From a phage, in the sequence record PZ049694.1: DNA of 64,000 bases; one strand, 5' to 3'. The position numbers and the translations under genes are program-made. The notes below the pieces were generated by a model, which ran no database searches, was not told the DNA's origin, and worked only from the letters and a program-made list of their open reading frames with translations. Of the stretch, positions 15,507 through 26,477 are shown one piece after another (within the stretch, counting starts at the first letter, position 1; each line of letters begins with the position of its first letter).

Positions 15507-18218
15507 TCAAAAATCGAACATATCGAATAGAGATGCTTTCTTCTCGTAATCGAGTTTCGCTGCTGATGTGAATCCTTCAAGTGGTTTAATAAATGTCTTC
15601 TCAAGGAGAACAGTGTAGTCCATCCAATGAAGTACGTCGTCTTTAATTAAATCTGTGATTTCAGTACCAGAAGGCCATGCGATACATTTATCACCGAATG
15701 GGTTTCCTTCACGTAAAGGCAGAACATATACTTTTTCACCTTCTACAACTTGCGGCGCATCGATATTACCTTTGATAGCACGGTTATACGTCAGAATTCC
15801 ACGAATATGGAACGGGCATTTGGGACCAGGGAATCCACCTACATCATATTTAGCAATGTTATTCGCAGAAGATACCGACGCGATGCTAATATAATTCAAT
15901 TGACGGAATTCTTTTTCAAACTCTTTAAAATATTCTTGTAATGATTCTTCACCTTCTTGAAGCATACGACGAATACATTCTTTAAGAGCTTTCTGTACTG
16001 CTTTAGGAGTCGAAGATTTCTGCGTTTCAAGACCCATGATTTTAAGCTTAGGTTCAGCGTATCTGGTTCCTTCCATATCCCACACGTTTAATGCATAACG
16101 TTTCTTACCAGTCCAGAATCCACCAATACCTTTAGAACCGAGCGGAGGACCAGCGATAGCTTCTCGGTCCATGAACATTAAGTGTTGTTTATTGTTCATG
16201 TATTCACACATTTCACGGAAACCTCTATCAATAGCTGGTTCCATACGTTCACGAGCGAACTTATCTAAGAAGTCTACCCAATGGTTGGTATCACGGAATT
16301 TAGATTCACCAACCTTATCGATAATTTTATCAGCAGATACGTAAATAGAGTCTGTATCACCATAAAGAACGAAAGCTTCACCTTCTGTACCACAAACTTC
16401 GTTCAGATATTCATTAACTTTACGTTCAATCCACTGTAAAGCCATTTGCCCGAATGTTGTGATTGCAGTAGCATTACGCAAATCATAATAACGAAACCAA
16501 ACGTTGCCAAGTGCACCATAAAGTGAGTTGATAAGCAATTTACGGTTAATTTGGGCAGTCATACCTGCAACTTCAGTACGTTGAGCTCTAAACAACATTT
16601 CATTAAGAGATTTAGCAGACAACTTTTTAATCTTTTCTTTAATCTCATCGCTGAAGTCGAAACGATAATCAACATCTAATGGTTCGTCAACAGAAAGATT
16701 AGGATTATGCAATGCCTCTTTAATTATTTCGCCATTACGTTGAGCCGCAAGCATATAACCTTTATGTTCTTTACGTTGATTAAAGACTTTAGTGATTTCA
16801 GTTGGAACAACACCATCACGGTCTTTATAATACATCATGCCGTTAGGAGAACAACTGTACACATCAGAAGGACGTTCAGCGATTGCGTTAATATAATCAT
16901 GCAATGGAGCTACTTTAAACGTTCCTGCTATTGTTTCTGGGCTAATATTCACTTGGCGAATAATACTTGGATACAGAGATGTAAGGTCGAAACTCATTAC
17001 ATATTTGTATCGATTTGGAATAGGTTCCTTAACAAAAGCGCCAGGATAAGGTTGAACCGGGTGAGAACGACCTTGTGGAATCACCTTGTTCTGCTCTTTA
17101 AGGCTATTAAAAATAATAGCATCCCATGTTTTAATTGGGCTAAACACAGATTGAATCTGTATCTTAGCATAATAACCCATGTCCAAACTCAAGTTGATGA
17201 ACTGACGCTTAGCATCAATTTGCAATACACGATACACGTCGATAATGTTATAAGAAATATATCGTTGGTGATTGCTTTCACGAAGCTTAGAAATAGGGCC
17301 GTCATATTTCAGTTTACCAACGTTCAATTCAAATTCTGAAATGTAATCCAGAGAATATGATGGTTGGTTAGTAAAAGAGAATTTTTTGTAAAGGTCAATG
17401 TAATCAAGAACAGAGATACCGAACAATGTAATGATTTCACGAGAACCATACATGTTTTCGATAACTTTAACACGAGTTTTACGATGTGGTGATAAACGTT
17501 TCGCAGTAGATTCGCCAAAAATATTCTTGATTCGGTTATACACATATGGAATATCAAATGACTCAACGTTCCATCCAGTCAAAATGACAGGAGTTTTCTG
17601 TTGCCAGAAGTTGAGATATTCCATCAACAATTCTTTTTCGTTATCGAACGGCATATAAATGATTTTATCGATAATTTCGGATGGAACTTCATCACCACCT
17701 TGTTCTTGAAGCTTAGCCGCAATTTCGATAGACCATTCTTCTACATTACCATATGGAGAATTCAATAGATCAAATACGTAGAACCTGTCGTCAATTGAGT
17801 CATAATGGGTGATAGCATCAATTGGATGTTTTGCTTGTGACGGCTCAGGGAACCCGTCAGGAGATGTTACTTCGATGTCGAAGTTAGCCACACGAATTTT
17901 TGTATGGTCGTATTTGATTTCATAGTTATAAGTGTCAGACAAATACGCCAATTTGAAATCGTCCATGCCAAGTGCTTCAAGTCCGATATCTTCCATGCGT
18001 TTAATCCATTGGGAGGCATCACGCATATTAGCGAACAACTTACGAGTACACGGCTTACCGTAGATATCGAAATATTTCGTAGCCTGACTTTCTGGACAAT
18101 GAGCAAACAGTGATGGTTTATATTCTACTTCACGAGTACGTTCACGGCCATTAGAATCGATGTAACGTTCAAAAATTGAATCACCAATCTGTTCAACCGT
18201 TAAGTAAAATTCTTTCAT
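15507..18218 (-). CDS. 43: DNA polymerase gp43 (family B)
   Basis: 903 aa; exo motif FDIE; polymerase motif LYGDTDS; N-terminus as remembered for T4 gp43. Confidence 0.95.
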   Translation of the reverse strand: MKEFYLTVEQIGDSIFERYIDSNGRERTREVEYKPSLFAHCPESQATKYFDIYGKPCTRKLFANMRDASQWIKRMEDIGLEALGMDDFKLAYLSDTYNYEIKYDHTKIRVANFDIEVTSPDGFPEPSQAKHPIDAITHYDSIDDRFYVFDLLNSPYGNVEEWSIEIAAKLQEQGGDEVPSEIIDKIIYMPFDNEKELLMEYLNFWQQKTPVILTGWNVESFDIPYVYNRIKNIFGESTAKRLSPHRKTRVKVIENMYGSREIITLFGISVLDYIDLYKKFSFTNQPSYSLDYISEFELNVGKLKYDGPISKLRESNHQRYISYNIIDVYRVLQIDAKRQFINLSLDMGYYAKIQIQSVFSPIKTWDAIIFNSLKEQNKVIPQGRSHPVQPYPGAFVKEPIPNRYKYVMSFDLTSLYPSIIRQVNISPETIAGTFKVAPLHDYINAIAERPSDVYSCSPNGMMYYKDRDGVVPTEITKVFNQRKEHKGYMLAAQRNGEIIKEALHNPNLSVDEPLDVDYRFDFSDEIKEKIKKLSAKSLNEMLFRAQRTEVAGMTAQINRKLLINSLYGALGNVWFRYYDLRNATAITTFGQMALQWIERKVNEYLNEVCGTEGEAFVLYGDTDSIYVSADKIIDKVGESKFRDTNHWVDFLDKFARERMEPAIDRGFREMCEYMNNKQHLMFMDREAIAGPPLGSKGIGGFWTGKKRYALNVWDMEGTRYAEPKLKIMGLETQKSSTPKAVQKALKECIRRMLQEGEESLQEYFKEFEKEFRQLNYISIASVSSANNIAKYDVGGFPGPKCPFHIRGILTYNRAIKGNIDAPQVVEGEKVYVLPLREGNPFGDKCIAWPSGTEITDLIKDDVLHWMDYTVLLEKTFIKPLEGFTSAAKLDYEKKASLFDMFDF

Positions 18219-18276
18219 TTAATTTCCTTTAGACGAGTTATTGTCTTTTGTTTGTTGATGAACTTATTATACTCCA

Positions 18277-18296
18277 AATGGGACCGAAGTCCCATT
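18277..18296 (-). other. UUCG-tetraloop hairpin in the regA-43 intergenic region
   Basis: aatgggac-cgaa-gtcccatt; no adjacent U-run; about 60 nt upstream of the gene 43 start. Confidence 0.4.
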
Positions 18297-18299
18297 GCT

Positions 18300-18668
18300 T
18301 TAATTACCAATTGTATATTTTGCTTTCAAAGTCCAGTCATCTTTCTGTTTAAAAGAGATAACACGGAAGTTATTAGTCAGGCCAAACAGATCTTCACGAG
18401 CAGAGTCTTCAATAACAATCAATCCCCAGTCTTCAAGCAACTGGGCAATCGAATCACGTCGCTGATAGTCTTCACCATCAATATCAACCTGACGTCCGTC
18501 CATACGCAACATTTCTTTAAAGTGGACGATATAGTACTTACCTTGCTTTTGGAGGATATGACAAGACTGGTAAAGGACTTTATCCTTGTTATTAGCGATG
18601 CCCATACGGGTCAAAGTCTCTTTGACTTTTAGAAAATCTTCAGGGTTCTTCAATTTAATTTCAATCAT
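18300..18668 (-). CDS. regA: translational repressor RegA
   Basis: MIEIKLKNPEDFLKVKETLTRMGIANNKDKVLYQSCHILQK is near-identical to remembered T4 RegA; start moved to internal ATG. Confidence 0.9.
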   Translation of the reverse strand: MIEIKLKNPEDFLKVKETLTRMGIANNKDKVLYQSCHILQKQGKYYIVHFKEMLRMDGRQVDIDGEDYQRRDSIAQLLEDWGLIVIEDSAREDLFGLTNNFRVISFKQKDDWTLKAKYTIGN

Positions 18669-18670
18669 TT

Positions 18671-19234
18671 TTACCATTCCAATGCTAATTTTTTAAATTG
18701 TTTTTGTTCTTTCACATTTTTTGTAACTTCTTTGAGAAACTCATCAGTGACCATGGCCTTCAGTTCTTTAAGGACTATTGGCAACTTGTTATTTTTTTCA
18801 AGGAGCCGCTTATACTCAGTAGCATCATTCATGTTGATTGTGTAATGTTTCATCAACAGTTTGATAACTAGTAACTCTGAAGTGTCTTCGACTAGTTTAG
18901 CCCATTTAGAGAATCGACGACCACGCGGAATTGCCGCCATCATATAGTTGAAGTGCGCTTCATCACTTAATTCAGAACCGACTAAGTTCATCATGTAAAC
19001 AGCTGGCATACATTCTGGGAACTGGGATAATGAGTTCTCAACCATAAATTTTGAGTAGTCGACCTGAGCAATTGACATAGATTTCTTTTCATTAATAGCA
19101 TTAATGATTTTAAAGAATTCATTCTCAGGTTTTTCTTTAAACATATCAGCACATTTTTGAATCGCATCAGCGTCATTAGACTTCCATGCAATTTGGTGCT
19201 CGTTAAGCTGGACGTCATCATCGAATAAGTTCAT
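18671..19234 (-). CDS. 62: clamp-loader subunit gp62
   Basis: 187 aa; matches remembered T4 gp62 ([25 protein letters not shown]). Confidence 0.85.
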   Translation of the reverse strand: MNLFDDDVQLNEHQIAWKSNDADAIQKCADMFKEKPENEFFKIINAINEKKSMSIAQVDYSKFMVENSLSQFPECMPAVYMMNLVGSELSDEAHFNYMMAAIPRGRRFSKWAKLVEDTSELLVIKLLMKHYTINMNDATEYKRLLEKNNKLPIVLKELKAMVTDEFLKEVTKNVKEQKQFKKLALEW

Positions 19235-19235
19235 A

Positions 19236-20198
19236 TTATTTCCAAGTCAGTTCACAAGTCAATTGAAGAAGCATATACATAACATGTAATTCAATATTAC
19301 TTGCTAATCCATGAAACTTATTGTTTTCGCCTGCAATTTCATAAAGCGAAATAATACTTTTACCAGGTGCAACTTGGTCATAACATTCTGAAACTAATTT
19401 ATCGATGAACCATGAATAATCTGCGGCATATTTTGGAGCTAATGCACGAAGCTGTTTGATATCTTTGTTTTTCATTGCTTCGATAACATCAGAGACTGTG
19501 CCACGGTCATTAGTTACGATAGACAGAATACCTGCATCAAGAACACCTTTAGACGAGTACTGGTCTAATTGACCAATTGTACGACGAAAGTCCGGGAAGT
19601 TCTTTTTAACCAGAGCTGCAACAACTTTCATATCAGCGATTTCGATATTTTCGTTCTTACAGATTTCAACCATACGATGAATCATTTTCTTCATCATCGA
19701 GATTTTATCTTCTTCGGTTGGACGTCCGAATTCGATAACTCGACAACGACTACGTAATGGTTCAATAATTCCATCGATGTTGTTAGCAGTAATAATAATA
19801 GAACAGTTACTAGAGAATTCTTCCATGAATGTACGAAGGTGCCGTTGTGATTCAGCAAGGCCACTACGGTCAAATTCATCAATAACAATAACTTTAGGCT
19901 TGCCTTCCATTGAGACCGAACGAGCGAATGCAGTTAACGGACCACGCACAAAATCAATCTTACAATCAGAACCGTTGACGAACATCATTTCGGCATTGAT
20001 ATCATTACATAATGCTTTTGCTACGGTTGTTTTACCTGTACCAGGAGATGGAGAGTGCAAAATAATATGAGGAAGTTTTCCTTTAGATACTAAAGACTTG
20101 AATGTTTCATGGTCATACGCAGGCAGAATACATTCGTCAATGGAAGAAGGACGATATTTCTGTTCTAGAATGTGTTCTTTGGAATTGATAGTAATCAT
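19236..20198 (-). CDS. 44: clamp-loader ATPase gp44
   Basis: 320 aa; Walker [11 protein letters not shown]; Walker B VIVIDEFD. Confidence 0.9.
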   Translation of the reverse strand: MITINSKEHILEQKYRPSSIDECILPAYDHETFKSLVSKGKLPHIILHSPSPGTGKTTVAKALCNDINAEMMFVNGSDCKIDFVRGPLTAFARSVSMEGKPKVIVIDEFDRSGLAESQRHLRTFMEEFSSNCSIIITANNIDGIIEPLRSRCRVIEFGRPTEEDKISMMKKMIHRMVEICKNENIEIADMKVVAALVKKNFPDFRRTIGQLDQYSSKGVLDAGILSIVTNDRGTVSDVIEAMKNKDIKQLRALAPKYAADYSWFIDKLVSECYDQVAPGKSIISLYEIAGENNKFHGLASNIELHVMYMLLQLTCELTWK

Positions 20199-20273
20199 GT
20201 AATTTTCCTCATTATCATTAAACTGGAGGATTTCTCCTCCATAATAGTACTACATTAAACGTAAAGCTTTGAC

Positions 20274-20960
20274 TTAGAAGTCGTGAGTAGAATCGGCTTC
20301 CATCGCAATAACATAACTTACTTGAGAGCTTTCAAACTTAGCTGCAACTTTATCACCAGCTCCCCACAACATTACTTTATAGTTACCTGGCTGGATTTTC
20401 ATATTAGCCATATTGATTACGAAGTTAAAATTGTTAGAACCATCATAATCGGTAAGAGTCAAAGAATACTTAGGACGAGTTAGTCCAGAATCTTCAACTT
20501 TATTGTAACCATTGATAACAATTTTACCATCTTTATTTGTAATAGCAATTGTATCAATCTGGAGACCACGTGAAACTCGAAGCAATTGTTGAAGGTCTTC
20601 AGCTTTAATTTCAGTAATCACAGAAGCCACTGGGAATTGAATTGGCTTATTAGGAAAAACAATGGTGCTCTTGTCAGCGGCAGGCCAATAAACTGTGGAA
20701 CGTGTATCTGCAATTTTAATATTGCCATCGGTGTGCATTGAAATTTCAGCATCATCAGACACTAGACTCAAAATGCTTAAGAAGCTATTCAAATCATAAA
20801 GTGCTACGTCAAAATCAATTTCATCAGAGATATTTGCTTCCGCATAAGTGGTGCCATTAACTGCACGAGTCATAATAAATTTACCTTGACTCAGCAGAAT
20901 GCCGGAGTTAATAGAGGCAAAGTTTTTCAGAATAGCGATAGTATCTTTAGACAGTTTCAT
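20274..20960 (-). CDS. 45: sliding clamp gp45
   Basis: MKLSKDTIAILKNFASINSGI as remembered for T4 gp45; start moved to internal ATG (track start 20975). Confidence 0.9.
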   Translation of the reverse strand: MKLSKDTIAILKNFASINSGILLSQGKFIMTRAVNGTTYAEANISDEIDFDVALYDLNSFLSILSLVSDDAEISMHTDGNIKIADTRSTVYWPAADKSTIVFPNKPIQFPVASVITEIKAEDLQQLLRVSRGLQIDTIAITNKDGKIVINGYNKVEDSGLTRPKYSLTLTDYDGSNNFNFVINMANMKIQPGNYKVMLWGAGDKVAAKFESSQVSYVIAMEADSTHDF

Positions 20961-21002
20961 TTTATTTCCTTTCAAGACAATTCAAAGTTTATAACAAATT
21001 TA

Positions 21003-21419
21003 TTATGCAGCAACCATCTGCTTTTTAATAGCTTCAGGCAGTGATTCAATATATTCTGGAATTTTAGAAGCAACAATTTCGCCAGCGGCAATTAGTTGTT
21101 CGTCAGCATCAACACAGTAGAAATCTTCCAGACGCTCAGAACCGTCTTTATCAAGAACGATTTTTCCGCCAGCTTCAATAGAATCTTTATAGTGCTTACG
21201 CATCAGATGAATCCACATATCAGATACATCGTTATCAATAAAACCATAAATCATAAAACGAGTTTCTTGTGGAAGAGATTGAAGCTTTTTAGCACTTGCG
21301 TCATCACAATGCAGGACCCATGCTTTACGAACACGATTATGGTTATGTGGGTTAGCGTCAGTACGGATAGAAGTAACTTTCAGATCAGCAGCAGTGAAAC
21401 CTTTAGCAGTAGTAAACAT
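21003..21419 (-). CDS. rpbA: RNA polymerase-binding protein RpbA (by position)
   Basis: 138 aa between 45 and 46, as in T4; sequence not independently recognised. Confidence 0.45.
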   Translation of the reverse strand: MFTTAKGFTAADLKVTSIRTDANPHNHNRVRKAWVLHCDDASAKKLQSLPQETRFMIYGFIDNDVSDMWIHLMRKHYKDSIEAGGKIVLDKDGSERLEDFYCVDADEQLIAAGEIVASKIPEYIESLPEAIKKQMVAA

Positions 21420-21431
21420 ATTATTTCTCTC

Positions 21432-21632
21432 TTATTCGTAGAAGTCGGTAACTGTCCATGCGGAATTGCGATTAGACATTATTTTATTATACTCATCTTT
21501 AAAAGCAGATTTGAGCATTTGTTCAGTAACAATATGTTCTTCACCTGAAAACGTATTGGTCAAAACATATTTTTTAATTTCAGGGACAACGAGAAGATGT
21601 TGTCCGGTTGAATACTCCATGTTGTTCTCCAT
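21432..21632 (-). CDS. hypothetical protein (66 aa)
   Basis: Minus-strand ORF between rpbA and 46. Confidence 0.45.
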   Translation of the reverse strand: MENNMEYSTGQHLLVVPEIKKYVLTNTFSGEEHIVTEQMLKSAFKDEYNKIMSNRNSAWTVTDFYE

Positions 21633-21674
21633 TTAATTTGATGTGGTCATTATAACCACATCGTGTTAAAGCGT

Positions 21675-23363
21675 TTATGAAACAGTCATTACCGTAAATC
21701 GTCCAACTTTGCTCATCTGAAGATGTTGTCCATAACGTTGAGGGTCATGGTCTCGATGAGAGATAATGAACACATTAGTATTTTGTAAACTTCCAAGAAT
21801 GGTATCTATAGCCTTAACAGCCTCAGAATCGACAGCACCATCAAAAACCTCATCAAGAATCAGAGTGTTGATTTTAACACCAGAGACCTTTTCAGCAATA
21901 TCTCGCCATGTAAACAACAATGCGATATCGATACGTGCCTTTTCACCTTGACTAAATGAAGCATAACTAAAATCTTCACGACCACGTGATTTTATAGATT
22001 CATTGAATTCTTCGTCAATAGAAAACACGTAATCAGCTTCCATGATTTTAAGATAATGGTTAATCTGCTTATTGAACAAAGGCACGTATTTTTTAATGAT
22101 AGCACCTTTAATACCAGAATCTTTTAACATATCTGTGATAATACCACGATGGTATTTTTCAAGAACGATATCAGATTTTGTTTTAATGATTTTATCAAGT
22201 TCTTTTTGAAGCAAAGCTATCTCATCGGCATGGTCGATAAATTCCGCCGAGGCTTGTTCTATTGCAGCTTTAACTTTCTTAGCTTTATCAATAGTGGCAA
22301 TCATTGCTTGTTTCTTGGTACGAATATCAGATGCAAGGTCCTGTTTAGTCTTAACATTAGCTCTATATTCGTCCACTAGGACACTCAGATTATCTCTGTG
22401 ACATGTAAGTTGCTCGAATGAGTGATTACATTCATGAAGCTTATCGGTAATCTTAGAGACAATAGGATCACCCTGGTGCAACTGTGATGCACAAGTAGGA
22501 CATGTACCGCCGTCATGATACATCTTAATAACTTTGTTATATGAGTCAATTTTAGATTTAATCAAGAATGCTTCTTGTCCTATCTTGTTAAATGCCTCAG
22601 TAGGGTCTTCATCAAGAACGATATTAAGTAGTCGCTCATTAGCTTCTTCAATTTCTGCTTTTAATGAACGAGCTTCTTTGGCTAGGTCGTCATACATATT
22701 CTGTAGACGCGCTACATTATCACCAGATAATTTCTTTTGACGTTCGATATTCTCGTTATAAATCTTAATTTGTTGGATAACACCATCTTTCTTGGCATCG
22801 AGAACTTGTCCCTGGGAATTAAGTTCTCGAACTTGAGACTTATTGATTTTATCCATTTCAGCGAGTGTTCCAACTTCTAATAAGTCTTCAACAAGCTTTC
22901 TGCGAGCAGGGGTGCTAAGAGCCATGAAAGGGGTATACCCTGCCGTCCCAAGCACAACGATTTGTTTAAAAGACGCGTATGACATTCCGATGCTACGTTC
23001 AAATTCTTCTTGGAAGTCACGACTGCTGGCAGATTCATCAAGACGAACACCGTCAACGGAGATTTCGAAAATATTAGGCTTTTGGCCACGTTTAATGAAG
23101 TATTTTTTACCATCAAATTCCATCCAAAGCTCAACTAAGAGCTCTTTCTTGTTCGTGCTATTAATGATTTGTCCTTTCTTAACATCACGAAATGGTTTAC
23201 CGAAAAGTCCGAAAGTAATGGCTTCTAACATCGTAGATTTACCACCGCCGTTTTTACCAGTGATTAATGTCTTTTGGACTTTATCTAATTGGATGTCAAT
23301 AGGATTCCCACCTACCGACATGATGTTTTGATAACGAACACGATTTAATTTAAATGATTTCAT
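21675..23363 (-). CDS. 46: recombination endonuclease subunit gp46 (SbcC/Rad50-like)
   Basis: 562 aa; Walker A GKNGGGKST; central coiled coil; C-terminal ABC signature region. Confidence 0.9.
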   Translation of the reverse strand: MKSFKLNRVRYQNIMSVGGNPIDIQLDKVQKTLITGKNGGGKSTMLEAITFGLFGKPFRDVKKGQIINSTNKKELLVELWMEFDGKKYFIKRGQKPNIFEISVDGVRLDESASSRDFQEEFERSIGMSYASFKQIVVLGTAGYTPFMALSTPARRKLVEDLLEVGTLAEMDKINKSQVRELNSQGQVLDAKKDGVIQQIKIYNENIERQKKLSGDNVARLQNMYDDLAKEARSLKAEIEEANERLLNIVLDEDPTEAFNKIGQEAFLIKSKIDSYNKVIKMYHDGGTCPTCASQLHQGDPIVSKITDKLHECNHSFEQLTCHRDNLSVLVDEYRANVKTKQDLASDIRTKKQAMIATIDKAKKVKAAIEQASAEFIDHADEIALLQKELDKIIKTKSDIVLEKYHRGIITDMLKDSGIKGAIIKKYVPLFNKQINHYLKIMEADYVFSIDEEFNESIKSRGREDFSYASFSQGEKARIDIALLFTWRDIAEKVSGVKINTLILDEVFDGAVDSEAVKAIDTILGSLQNTNVFIISHRDHDPQRYGQHLQMSKVGRFTVMTVS

Positions 23364-23614
23364 ATGTATTCTCTTCGAATGAAGTCCTCTACATATTTTA
23401 ACATGTCATCTCTATCAGCAAAATATTCATCTAGTTCTGCATATATAACAACACCTGGTGCGTACTCACAGGTAACATACATTGTTCCAAAGAAACGAGG
23501 AGTTGATTCCTCGTAATTCTCGGTCCATTCAACGATACCAATATAACCGTCACCAATACTAAATTCATGACGATGGATTTCATAATCAGTCTTCGTCATT
23601 ATACGCGTCCTCAA
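23360..23614 (-). CDS. hypothetical protein (84 aa)
   Basis: Translationally coupled ORF between 47 and 46. Confidence 0.5.
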   Translation of the reverse strand: MRTRIMTKTDYEIHRHEFSIGDGYIGIVEWTENYEESTPRFFGTMYVTCEYAPGVVIYAELDEYFADRDDMLKYVEDFIRREYI

Positions 23615-23843
23615 TACACGCTTCAGCCATTTTAAGAATAGAGCCAGGAGTATCGTTGTCCATTATATTAAAGCTAAATTCAATAGCCCAGTCTGTGCAG
23701 ACATGAACTGCTTTAACTTCATTGCCTTCAACGCGTAATGGCTCAATCCAATACTTGATAGTGTTCTCGAATCCATCATCATCTTTAACGTCCATTTCAA
23801 CTTCAAGCCTGAGTCCGGCATTGTTAAATTCATCTAAAGTCAT
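23586..23843 (-). CDS. hypothetical protein (85 aa)
   Basis: Translationally coupled ORF between 47 and 46. Confidence 0.5.
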   Translation of the reverse strand: MTLDEFNNAGLRLEVEMDVKDDDGFENTIKYWIEPLRVEGNEVKAVHVCTDWAIEFSFNIMDNDTPGSILKMAEACIEDAYNDED

Positions 23844-24859
23844 TGTGTTGCCTCAATATAAAGTTCGTTGGAATATTTGACCAGCGCTTCTCTGTCTTCG
23901 TCTGAGATATCTGGAATCGCGTCAATATATTCTTTAATGATATCTTGAAGTGATTTAATCTCGATTTCCTGGTCGTCATCAGATTCAACACTGTTATCAA
24001 CTTTAGAAACCATACGAAGAGAGTGAACTACTTTTTCAAGTTCAGATTCAAACTTAGTCAACTCTGAATCAATTTCTGATACTATAACACGTACGGCTAG
24101 ATTAGTATAATCAGAATAATTGATTTTGCCTTTAAACGGATAAGTGATTCGTCGATGCCATGTTGTTTCATTAGGAATAAATTCCATACGTTCAACATCA
24201 GTGTCAAATACCCAGAATCCGCGCGGGTCGTTTTCATCACCTGCAGTAAGGGTCCATGGTGTCCCAATATATTTAACGTTAGCAGCTTCAGAGATTGTGT
24301 GGAAGTGGCCGGACCAGACTTGTTTATAGGTCTTTAAGAAATCAGGTTCAAGCCCATGAGACTTCATTCCTTTATAGAAATAAAAGCCGTTCAGTTCCCA
24401 GTGACCAACACAATACGCGGCAGAAGAAGTTTTGATGTGCTCTAAGATTTCACCTGTATTTTCTTCACACATCCATGGAACGATATCAATCAGACATCCG
24501 TCAAAATCTACAGTAGTTGGATGCTCGTAAATAGTAAAGTTTTCAAATTGAGTTAACAATTCAGAAACAGTGTTAGGTGTTATTGTATTCTTGAACGCCA
24601 TGTCATGGTTTCCTATCGTGACATGAACGTGAATGCCTGCTTTAGAAATCATATCAACGATTTCACGATTGAATTCCATTGTACGATGTGTTATTGCTTT
24701 ACGGACGTCAAACCAATCACCGTACTGAATCCAAGTTTTAATCCCGTGTTTCTTAGAGTATTCAATTGCTTGACGAATACCATCACGTTGAATATCTTGA
24801 ACCCATGGGTCGTCTTGTTTGACTCCGATATGGAAGTCGCCTAAGTGCAAAATTTTCAT
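23840..24859 (-). CDS. 47: recombination endonuclease subunit gp47 (Mre11/SbcD-like)
   Basis: 339 aa; calcineurin-like phosphoesterase motifs LHLGDFH, GNHD, GHWE. Confidence 0.9.
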   Translation of the reverse strand: MKILHLGDFHIGVKQDDPWVQDIQRDGIRQAIEYSKKHGIKTWIQYGDWFDVRKAITHRTMEFNREIVDMISKAGIHVHVTIGNHDMAFKNTITPNTVSELLTQFENFTIYEHPTTVDFDGCLIDIVPWMCEENTGEILEHIKTSSAAYCVGHWELNGFYFYKGMKSHGLEPDFLKTYKQVWSGHFHTISEAANVKYIGTPWTLTAGDENDPRGFWVFDTDVERMEFIPNETTWHRRITYPFKGKINYSDYTNLAVRVIVSEIDSELTKFESELEKVVHSLRMVSKVDNSVESDDDQEIEIKSLQDIIKEYIDAIPDISDEDREALVKYSNELYIEATQ

Positions 24860-24903
24860 ATTATTTCCTCATTAGTTAATTCATTCTATCATCCGTTTAT
24901 AAA

Positions 24904-24931
24904 GCAAAAAAAGGAACTCCGAAGAGTTCCT
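24904..24931 (-). terminator. rho-independent terminator
   Basis: ggaactc-cgaa-gagttcc hairpin (UUCG loop on minus RNA) followed on the minus strand by U7. Confidence 0.65.
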
Positions 24932-25103
24932 ATCCACATAGTACACCGTACAGAGGCTCATTTGAACTTTTAAATCGAATGGGCTTGTATGTAATAGTTC
25001 CTTCGGCTTTAGCTTTATCATAAGACTCTTTAAAACGTCTCATTCTTTCTGCTTTGCCTTTACGGATTTTATCGAAATTTTCAGAGGTCAGGTCGTTCGT
25101 CAT
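24930..25103 (-). CDS. small hypothetical protein (57 aa)
   Basis: ORF MTNDLTSENFDKIRKGKAERMRRFKESYDKAKAEG... with GAGGTG SD; stop abuts the terminator; below track cutoff. Confidence 0.35.
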   Translation of the reverse strand: MTNDLTSENFDKIRKGKAERMRRFKESYDKAKAEGTITYKPIRFKSSNEPLYGVLCG

Positions 25104-25142
25104 GCATAATCACCTCTCAGAAAATACCTAAATCGATTTCTC

Positions 25143-25364
25143 TCATCGTTTCCACCATTTCTTAACTTGAAATGAATCAACCCACACGAGTTGTTTTGGG
25201 TCGGCCTTTACAATAGGCGGACAAATTTCTGTAATAGAACCGTCGTGATATTCCTTTTCAGAAATTTTAACACAAAGAGGACCTCCCAATTTAAGGGTGA
25301 ACCCTGCGTTCAGCTTCAGACGTTTAAACTTTGTTTGAACTAGCGCCATTAATGATGTCCTCAA
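25143..25364 (-). CDS. hypothetical protein (73 aa)
   Basis: Minus-strand ORF; start may be internal. Confidence 0.4.
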   Translation of the reverse strand: MRTSLMALVQTKFKRLKLNAGFTLKLGGPLCVKISEKEYHDGSITEICPPIVKADPKQLVWVDSFQVKKWWKR

Positions 25365-25647
25365 TAGCCTGACGAGTAGTAACCCACTGGATTTTAATTA
25401 ACTTGTCATTATATGGTTGTCGTAGAATATCCCGAGATTTCTTAATAGCATATTCGTAAGCTTCGAAGTTGTTTTGAATTGCTGCTTCTTGAGCGTGAGC
25501 ATAAAGACGGTTTAGTTCAAAACGATTCTTTTTAAGAATCTTTTCGGATTTTTTACGTGCTTCAGCTTCATTTTTCTTTTGGATTTCTTGTAGCATTTTA
25601 GCTACTGCATCTTCTGCTTCTTTATTTTCAATAATCTCGGTAGTCAT
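25324..25647 (-). CDS. hypothetical protein (107 aa), coiled-coil rich
   Basis: Minus-strand ORF in the 47-to-55 interval where T4 carries alpha-gt. Confidence 0.5.
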   Translation of the reverse strand: MTTEIIENKEAEDAVAKMLQEIQKKNEAEARKKSEKILKKNRFELNRLYAHAQEAAIQNNFEAYEYAIKKSRDILRQPYNDKLIKIQWVTTRQAIEDIINGASSNKV

Positions 25648-25648
25648 A

Positions 25649-25864
25649 TTATCTCATTAAATTAAAATAAAAACGTCCATCCTCTTCAATACAGAACTCA
25701 TACTCAACCGGAGTCCCATTTATCGAAAATGACACGTCATGTGGGTTCAAAGGGTCGATGTCAAAATTAATTTTAAATTCACGACCCAACAGTTTTACCA
25801 AATAAGGGATTGCTTCGTCAAAAGGTTCTTCTAAGTAGTTAGAGATGTCAATTGTCATCCTCAT
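25649..25864 (-). CDS. hypothetical protein (about 71 aa)
   Basis: Track ORF 25649-25942 trimmed to an internal ATG clear of gene 55. Confidence 0.4.
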   Translation of the reverse strand: MRMTIDISNYLEEPFDEAIPYLVKLLGREFKINFDIDPLNPHDVSFSINGTPVEYEFCIEEDGRFYFNLMR

Positions 25865-26405
25865 ATAAAAAATCCAAACTAGGCGAATCGCTAACAACTT
25901 CCTTCTTTTCAGCCCCAGGAGCTTTATAAGCGGATTCTTCATAATGCGTCATTTTATCGTAGATGTCTTGAATAAACGTTTCATCTACCAACGCTACCAT
26001 ATCATCGTCATGACTGTCGTAGACATTATGAACGAAGTAACTATATTTCTTTGCAACTTCCTTACGTTCTTTTTTGATACGTTGGACAAAAGCATTAAAA
26101 CAAGCTCGAGTTATGTATGCATGTGGGTTATTGTACTTAGTTTCGTCGAAATTATGAAGTCCCTTAATAGAGGCTTCAATCCCATCTGCAATCATCTCCT
26201 GCTTCCAAGACTGGGTATATCCTGAAAAGTTGAAACGTTTGGACAGGCCTTCGGCGATAAGCATAATTGCTAAACCGATGGTATCATTCTGACGAATAAT
26301 TTTGTTTGGGTCTTTATTATTTAAGAGCTCCTTTTTCCACTCGATTATAGCGGCGAGAAGCTCTTTATTATTCACATAGTTATTTTTAGGTTTTTGTCCA
26401 GTCAT
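25848..26405 (-). CDS. 55: late-transcription sigma factor gp55
   Basis: 185 aa; [49 protein letters not shown] near-identical to remembered T4 gp55. Confidence 0.92.
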   Translation of the reverse strand: MTGQKPKNNYVNNKELLAAIIEWKKELLNNKDPNKIIRQNDTIGLAIMLIAEGLSKRFNFSGYTQSWKQEMIADGIEASIKGLHNFDETKYNNPHAYITRACFNAFVQRIKKERKEVAKKYSYFVHNVYDSHDDDMVALVDETFIQDIYDKMTHYEESAYKAPGAEKKEVVSDSPSLDFLYEDDN

Positions 26406-26477
26406 AAGTACCTCTTAGCTCAATTCATAGGTCTATTATATCATAATATTTGGAGACCTATCTTAAAGCACGAGATA

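Noticed and set aside
16707-17339. 210-aa plus-strand ORF
   Set aside because: Lies entirely antisense within the DNA polymerase gene; no Shine-Dalgarno; low-complexity translation. Same reasoning applies to other long plus-strand ORFs such as 22843-23331 (inside gene 46), 58028-58537, 56829-57347 and 39799-40155.
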